The notes under the pieces are model-generated. The model was not told the origin of the DNA. It saw only the letters and a program-made list of their open reading frames with translations, and searched no databases. A program made the position numbers and the translations under genes. A stretch of DNA of 64,000 bases from Neophaeotheca triangularis (lineage: Eukaryota), in contig BAAIJX010000003.1 in assembly GCA_054600435.1 (NCBI GenBank), positions 310,001 through 374,000 on the forward strand, read 5' to 3'. This document shows positions 58,401-64,000 of this stretch, one piece after another (the stretch's first letter is position 1; each line of letters starts with the position of its first letter).

Positions 58401-60334
58401 TCGTTGAGGTTGGCGGCGGAGCGGGAGGGGTGGAGATTCCGCAGGGTAGTGGTGGTTTCGGTGGGATTGGGTTTGGCTGTGCGGAGGTCGGCGTGCGATT
58501 TCCGTTTCAGTGGCGCCGTGGCTGCTAAGTCGAATTTCTCGGAGCCCTGGCGTGGAAGGAGTGTTTTGGATTCGGTGGGTGCGGTTGCTGGTTTTGGAAA
58601 GGGTGGCAGTGGTGGAGCTTCCTTTCTTGCTTTGGGCTCTGAGGGCTTTTCCTCGACTGCCTCGAATGTCGTCTTCGTGCCGGATGTGGGCGGGCTCGCA
58701 TCTTTAATTGACGATTTCGTAGGTGAAGGGTCAGGTTCTTCGGGAAAGGCTCCGGGCATGACTGATCGCCTCGAGCTGAGGTGTACTGGCGCAGCCGGTA
58801 CAGATTTCGATCGCTTCCTCATCAGCCCGGCTTTGATGACCGGCTGCTCTCTGAATTTCTGATCTGCCTCCGTCTGAACCATGCCTCGCTCTTTACCCCT
58901 TGCCTCGTCCACAACCGGCACGCTGCTACTTAGGCTATTTCTCCTCACGATGCTCTTCGGCTCTGGCATGATATCCGCCTCGCTCTCATCCGAATGCGTC
59001 GCCAGCCCCGGAACCTCAATTTCATCAACGTCCCTTTCCCTCTCCCCCATGGGCAAGGGTATATTCGCCGCAAGCACGTACTCTGGGTGCTGCACATCAG
59101 GCACATCAGGATCCTCCGTCGTCGAAAGCGGAGCGCCCATACCGCCAGCAGTACTGACGGAATCCCAGCGAGGCCGCGGAAGCTCTTCGTCAGCAACACT
59201 GCCCACAGTACTCTCGCCGCCAATAGGTGCGCCAAGAGATTCGTTGCGGACTCTGCCGGTGGAGCTCGAGAGGAGGTTGTCACGGCTGGGAGTGCGCAAG
59301 GTACGTCTCGAATGCGTGCCGCCAGCGGCCGCGTTGTTGTTGCGCAGAGCTTTGCGCCAAGTGCGCCAGAGTCTCCCTAACGTGGGACTGAGTGCGACCT
59401 TCTCAACATCGTATTCCTCGACGGTGGTGCAAGTCTGTCCGTTGGCTTGTAAAGTGTTAGCGCTGCCAGCTCGCACATGTCGTTGCGCGCGAGAGTCGGC
59501 CGCTTTGCCGGCAGTCTGCAGTGTTTGCTCTGCCACATATTCCAGTATGGAGGTGAGGAAGATGGCAGCAGCCCAGGAGACGAGGCCGTTGCTGTGGGAG
59601 AAGCGACGCTCGGCGTCTTGGAAGAGCTCCTCTTCCTTGACGTATCGCTCCTCATCGTCATCTTCCATCTCGCCGAGGCGCATGTACACCATGACACGCA
59701 GCCGGGTCCGCTTCCACACAAGCTCAAGATCCCAGGCTCTGTTATAATTCCCATCCTTTCCGCCGTTGGCATTGTTGTTTGTGTCTTCCTCCTCATCTTC
59801 TCCACCTTCCAGCATCTCTTGCAGTTCTTCTTCCGCGCTCGCAATAGCTTCTCTGGCTAACCGCTGCTTCAGCACCTCCGCCACAGCCGGTCTCAGAGTG
59901 GACAAACTCGTCGAACGCGATTGGGATAAAAAGGAGTACAACAGCTGATCCAGAAAGGCATTGACAAGAGCGAGCGCGGGCTCGGAGAAAGCCATATCCT
60001 GCTTGCCGAACGTGTAATCTTCCTCATCGCTTTCCCACTGGCTGGTCAGCATGCGGTGCTCGCTGACGACTTGTTGGGCTCCGGATTTGGCAACGTAGGC
60101 CGGGGTGGGCCGTATGTTTGTGGGATTGGAAGGGAAGTAGGAGGTCAGGCCCGAGACGGTGGAATATCTGTCACTGGCGGAGCTGGGCGATCTCGACATG
60201 ACGGGGGAGACGTATTCGCGGCCGAGATTGTAGGCATCAGAGGGTTGTGAATTGGCGGATGGAGGAGGTTGTGATTGCGATTGCGCAAGGACCGGAGGAA
60301 CAGAGTCGCCAGGGGTTGTGGCCGAGGAAGGCAT
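55487..60334 (-). CDS. Large conserved fungal scaffold-like protein with an N-terminal histone-fold-like region and a disordered C-terminal part, 1615 aa
   Basis: Single 4.8-kb ORF. H2A-like segment AAIFLTSILEYVAEQTLQTAGKAA; upstream helical segment ALALVNAFLDQLLYSFL...AIASAEEEL; repeated DF[IL]RS/N motifs in the tail. Confidence 0.88.
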   Translation of the reverse strand: MPSSATTPGDSVPPVLAQSQSQPPPSANSQPSDAYNLGREYVSPVMSRSPSSASDRYSTVSGLTSYFPSNPTNIRPTPAYVAKSGAQQVVSEHRMLTSQWESDEEDYTFGKQDMAFSEPALALVNAFLDQLLYSFLSQSRSTSLSTLRPAVAEVLKQRLAREAIASAEEELQEMLEGGEDEEEDTNNNANGGKDGNYNRAWDLELVWKRTRLRVMVYMRLGEMEDDDEERYVKEEELFQDAERRFSHSNGLVSWAAAIFLTSILEYVAEQTLQTAGKAADSRAQRHVRAGSANTLQANGQTCTTVEEYDVEKVALSPTLGRLWRTWRKALRNNNAAAGGTHSRRTLRTPSRDNLLSSSTGRVRNESLGAPIGGESTVGSVADEELPRPRWDSVSTAGGMGAPLSTTEDPDVPDVQHPEYVLAANIPLPMGERERDVDEIEVPGLATHSDESEADIMPEPKSIVRRNSLSSSVPVVDEARGKERGMVQTEADQKFREQPVIKAGLMRKRSKSVPAAPVHLSSRRSVMPGAFPEEPDPSPTKSSIKDASPPTSGTKTTFEAVEEKPSEPKARKEAPPLPPFPKPATAPTESKTLLPRQGSEKFDLAATAPLKRKSHADLRTAKPNPTETTTTLRNLHPSRSAANLNDPDRRKSANPATALNWTIYGSRAKEGWNTSMPDLRAPSGRSKKSGAAEKDVEQQKAVVGQDVKAQRLSVPAASLLGHGRGRAGAGVGEVRSASADWGKAVVRDKSGEGRGVEEKIVRDKSEEGREMDARPVLNERSASGPQELEDTSVRGQGVGVAEASDRAGGVFIPGSTAQHARDGATPEKEPPSFATGSIAAAAATAGLAAAGLAGTAKAADDGGNESGGVDAFLKSRNLGGSGPSTPTESPRERTRSSLQVLNQSPRLANRDSRPGVPLTNGAQQSPAVFSSGKRQSWSAEKQAAVEYKPKWKTPDSPGYSKAGTISDDVKEHPILQRMSSQKRNEQNAALAALEKSNGRSSPALTSASIRDPEDFDMFVQGKDTVKYTLTPENVRDQPSKPATYTPSSLRSAGQANAGAESPTPYGRQNDSGATTARGRRPNSNHVTASSSTSIPTDPQSNPKEREKRRQSVSRPTPRNTSSTRHGQRAREPQVVTESTRDFADFIRSTGPSKEQEVTPVFTDPANRSTTSLASSMRSASPAISRSPSTVNSKSADDERTKSITRSAIAAGNAPPVPPMPNNRAKKSGMEARAANGSHGNGTNDLIDFIRSGPEQPAGEHRISRSVAPFRSTMDSEQFAAMDARGSDGNAEREGKPPLKLDTSFGGRPGSAGGKSANSGRPGAVSRSSAGMGETPRPQPRRLSNRDYMATRPLSPASLKGKPPQPSLPAASDSPEPSRKRYRNKDPYAIDISDEEEDENDLIALPPNQRRREESLLDFLNSHEPPADNGPRAVPPTTSRPASAPRKTSNSNNQSNRPSSRTSNSNTSHPTSPQATKKENPYRGPRMAARAAAASTNNNQKPTQGQAQAQAYNPNNTSAARRLGAFHSSQQQNPSSPGAANGAFYSETRELADFLRSSGPSSPAGGSAPAPPAIGNVISGPKEGGKVGKRGFWERFAGRGVRGESARGGKKTYLDMP

Positions 60335-62049
60335 TATTGTTGTTGGAGTCGGTGGGTCGCGGTTGAAACGCGATGGAGGCGGGTGTATCGTTTGCTAGGG
60401 GTAATGACAGGATTGTCTCAGGCTGGCAATGGTGAGGGACGATGGATGCGGGCCGATGCTGTGGCTATTGATAGATAATGAGTGATGCGCGCTCATCCCA
60501 TGGCATCGACTACGGGGGTTTGGGGGGATGATGTAGGTAGTCTGGACGATTGGTGAATGGCGTTGTCGCAGATGCAATAATAACAACACACACCGAGAGG
60601 GGAAATTCCCGTCTCTTGGATACAGTACCCAAGGGACCCTTACGCAGAAGAAGAAGAAGACGGGAGTTGGCAGCGGGGATGATTCATGAAGTGGTGAATC
60701 GGCGTTCTGTACAGGGGAAGTACTATGTATGTACTAGTAGACTGTAGTAGTAGGATCGTACATGTTTCGAAGCCTACTCCGGAATGTGGGAAAGTTTGGG
60801 TAGCTGCAAACCTTGCCGTCTCTTCACATGCAGGTGTACCGTACTGTATGCTGCCCTTTGACAACCAAGAATCAAGATATCTTTGATGGAGAGTTGGATT
60901 GTGGTTAATATTGTTATTGTGTGTAACATGACTTCTGAAGGCACAGCGATACTTTACCGTATCGGCTCTCCTCGATATTACCTACAGTAGGTAGATCATC
61001 TCGTGAAAGTCCCGACGACCCAATGCACGATCGCGCCTCGCTACGCACCGCTTGCATTATTATTGGCGTACGGGACCACTACCAAGTACTTATTATTATT
61101 ATGTGTGTACAGTAGATAATATGTATGTACTTTACCTAGTACTACCTCCTATATAGTCTCTTAGGGCTCGCCATCAGTCCCTCTGCACGTGCTAAAAGCC
61201 GAAACCGTCCAATAATACCTTACCCTACTTCAGCATTAGCCATCCGAACAACAACAAGACACAAGCAAGAGTCGGCCAAAACCCCCACCAACAAGCTATC
61301 TTCGCAGCACTCGCTCAACAACTACACACCTCTCCCAGCTCTACACAAACTGCCCGTCCTCCCTGACCCACAGTCAGGCAAGTCTCACGACTCACAACCT
61401 GCCCCACATGAGACATCCAACAACAAACTTCTTCTTCTAGCTCCCGTCACTCCGTTACACCAACCGCGCCCCGTATCCTCGTGGCTCGAGTCAGCTTCGT
61501 CCTTCTAGGCGGGCAAAAACGCAATTCGCGAGCTCCCCTGCCAGTAGTAGTGAGAGCGGTGAAAGAGAGCGCGAGTGGCCGCATTTCGAACAGCTAAGTG
61601 GTGTGAGTTGTGTCCTATTTTAACCAAGGCCAGGGAGGGAACCGCGCTGAGTTCTGCATTGCTGGCTTTGCAATTGCCGAGGAGAGTTGGGCAGGATAGG
61701 TAGGCAGGGTGTAGACAGACGAGATTATCATGAAAGCACGGTAGAGCTGTCCTCACGACTACAGCAACTTCGTAAGTAGCGTGTGAGATCTAGCAAGCGG
61801 ACTTTGCCCGGCGGGGTTTAGTACGAGTACTAGGCGTTCTACGTTGTATAGAACAGCAAGATGCTAGATAGGTTCCCGATGCCACGTCCACAACGCCCAA
61901 GCAGCGCCGAACGACCAACAAACCAGATAGAAAAGGAAGAAAGAGTGCCAAGGGGTATCGATCATCAGCCCAAACGCATCAAAGCAGAACCAGAAAAACC
62001 AAGCTCCCAATGCCCACTTCCCACCCACCCCCCCCAAAAGCATCCCTCC

Positions 62050-63357
62050 CTACTCAACCTCCACAGGCAAGCTCCGAGCGACCCCCGCATTCCCCTCCAA
62101 ATGTACGCCCACCCCACCCTTGAGAACCCTCCTCAAAGCCTTGAGTCGAAGCAATTTCCACCAAGCATCCACGACCAAAGTCTCACCGCCAAGCTTAACT
62201 TTCAACCGGCTGCCGTACTCCCTGCCCTCGTCGTCGAGAGCGCTGGAGTACCTGGGCCCGCGAGATGGGTTCTCCACTGTGGCGAAAATGTCGCGGAAAG
62301 CTTGGTGCAGGGTTTTGCGATCGGCTTTGCTGATGCGTTTGCTCGATTGGCGGGTTAGGTCTTGTAAGACTGTGGTCAGGGCGTGGGGATCGCGGGTGGG
62401 AGTGAAGGCGGATTTCGGGGTGTGTCCGTTGTTCATGTGGTTGTCGTCGTCGTCGTCGTCGTCGTCGCTGTCGTCGGCGCCCGCGTAGCTTTTCTCGTAA
62501 ATGAGCGCCACGTTCTCGCCCGCCGCGACTTGCACGCCCGCGTCCCCGGCGCCGAGCTGGTCGATGAAAGTCTCCATGGCGTGCTCGCAGACTTCCTCGA
62601 TAGCTTCGACTTCCAGCTTCGTGGCCAAGAACCCCCAGCCCTCGAGCGCAGCCTTTACGACCTCCGCATCATCTTCCGCGCCCGCGGCGACCCCATCGCT
62701 CGCCGCAATCTCCAGCAACCACTCCATAACCTCCTGCACCTCCACCTCCGCGGCGCCGCCATAAAAAACCGCCAGCGCCAACGCATGCAAAGCGGCAACT
62801 TTAACCGCACTCTCCATCGAATCCTCCACCGCGGTCTTAACAACCGGCGCCAGCTCCTCATAAACCTCCCCACCATTTCCCCCCTCCGACGCCAACGTCA
62901 CAACCAAACACCCCAAACACCAAAGCGCGAGCACAACCTCCCTCTCCCTCTCCCCCGCCTTCACCATCCTCACAACCGCCGGCACCACCTCCCCCATCCT
63001 CGCCTTAACCTCTCGATCACAAACCCGCCGACACAACCCCCACCCTAGATACCTCAAGCGCTCCTCCCTCCCCTCAGTCGAAGACCTCTTCCTATCCACC
63101 AAGCCATCCATAACCTCGTACAATTCCGCACTACTGCTCGCGCCCTCTTCGCTCAGCTCTTCCGCGTCCTGCGTGGCGAAACCGCTTTCGCTGAGGCTAG
63201 TCTCTTCGTCGTCGTCCGAGGTCGCGCGGGAGGCTGCGCGGGATGAGCGGGCGGGAGACGTCGCTTTGCTGGACGAGGGCGTGGTGATTTTGCTGCGGGC
63301 TTTGCGGGAAGTGGTTTTTTTCGATTCCAGGAGGACTTGTTTGCGGAGGTCGTGCAT
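62050..63357 (-). CDS. IFRD (interferon-related developmental regulator) domain protein, 435 aa
   Basis: MHDLRKQVLLESKKTTSRKA, VDRKRSSTEGREE, ARM-like helices, VQVAAGENVALIYE, SSKRISKADRK...FRDI, VENPSRGPRYS and VDAWWKLLRL match the fungal IFRD family as I recall it. Confidence 0.85.
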   Translation of the reverse strand: MHDLRKQVLLESKKTTSRKARSKITTPSSSKATSPARSSRAASRATSDDDEETSLSESGFATQDAEELSEEGASSSAELYEVMDGLVDRKRSSTEGREERLRYLGWGLCRRVCDREVKARMGEVVPAVVRMVKAGEREREVVLALWCLGCLVVTLASEGGNGGEVYEELAPVVKTAVEDSMESAVKVAALHALALAVFYGGAAEVEVQEVMEWLLEIAASDGVAAGAEDDAEVVKAALEGWGFLATKLEVEAIEEVCEHAMETFIDQLGAGDAGVQVAAGENVALIYEKSYAGADDSDDDDDDDDNHMNNGHTPKSAFTPTRDPHALTTVLQDLTRQSSKRISKADRKTLHQAFRDIFATVENPSRGPRYSSALDDEGREYGSRLKVKLGGETLVVDAWWKLLRLKALRRVLKGGVGVHLEGNAGVARSLPVEVE

Positions 63358-64000
63358 TTTGGGTGGGTGTTTGGTTGGGGCTGGGGAGTGAGGTTGGTGG
63401 TTCGGTGGTGGACTGGCTGGTTTTCTTGCGTCGCTGGCGTTGATATTCTTGGTCGGTTGCTGAGTTTGTTCTTTCGAAAGGCTTTTGCTTGTGCTTGTTT
63501 GTGTGTTCACGGCTCGTGTTAGTAGGTATTCAACAAGACTCGATCGAATAAGTCTCAAATCAGTGGACTCGGGGACTGGTGAATTGGATACATGAAGTAT
63601 CTTAGGATATAAACGTCAGTCGGAGGTGAGTCACAAACCCACAAAAACAAGAGGTGAGACCAAAATCAAGCGGGCGGTACAGCAGTAGTGTGTGTGTTTG
63701 TGCGTGACTAGGAGAAAAGATGAGGGAGGAAGATCAGGTGGTTTGTTATTAACGTGTGCGCCGCCCGTTTCTTTTTGCGGGCTTTTAGGCTTCACTGCGC
63801 GACACCAACGCATGCGGCATGTGCTAGGTATTGTGCTCGTCTTATCTCCGCTTTCACCCGACCGCGGCGCTTGCGGGAGCGGGCGCGAGGCTGGAACTTA
63901 AAGTCAGGCGCCTGGGGGATGGAATGCTGCGATGGCACTTCGGCTTGCCTTTGTCGGGTAACCTTAATGGCTATCAAATAGATAGTAACCAGGTCGAAAG

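Noticed and set aside
1..64000. tRNA/rRNA genes, CRISPR arrays, transposons, PKS/NRPS clusters
   Set aside because: I saw no cloverleafs, regular repeat-spacer arrays, transposase/RT ORFs, TIRs/LTRs or backbone enzymes by eye. Degenerate remnants could have been missed.

Overview
Gene-dense window from a eukaryotic filamentous ascomycete genome. The evidence is short GT-AG introns with CT(A/G)AC branch points and standard fungal protein families; Dothideomycetes is my guess from protein style only. I support about 21 protein-coding genes plus one probable pseudogene, and I built and frame-checked their exon structures by hand. In order: a 5'-truncated conserved coiled-coil protein, a lone-PHD protein, a pseudokinase, an RNA Pol III Rpc17-like subunit, a GH72 glucanosyltransferase, a gamma-glutamyltranspeptidase-family enzyme, a 73-aa small membrane ORF, a GFA/CENP-V protein, a PY-motif membrane protein, a class 3 lipase with an in-frame TGA, a Zn2Cys6 transcription factor, an aquaporin, an FLC/TRP-like channel, an MmgE/PrpD enzyme, HAS1, a DHA2 MFS transporter, a Zn2Cys6+homeobox+C2H2 factor, a class II aldolase, an 11-exon allantoate/TNA1-type MFS, an S53 tripeptidyl peptidase, a large histone-fold scaffold and an IFRD protein. 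I found no tRNA, rRNA, CRISPR array, intact transposon or secondary-metabolite backbone gene, and no clearly new multi-gene system. The most interesting signals are: (1) a window-wide C-block-then-G-block skew unit at most gene 3' ends; (2) seven CTATTG/CAATAG motifs packed into about 200 bp upstream of the PHD gene; (3) a TGA at a conserved Cys position in the lipase; (4) a strand-polarised 21-bp hairpin between the PrpD gene and HAS1; (5) a tandem histone-fold protein with repeated DF[IL]RS motifs.
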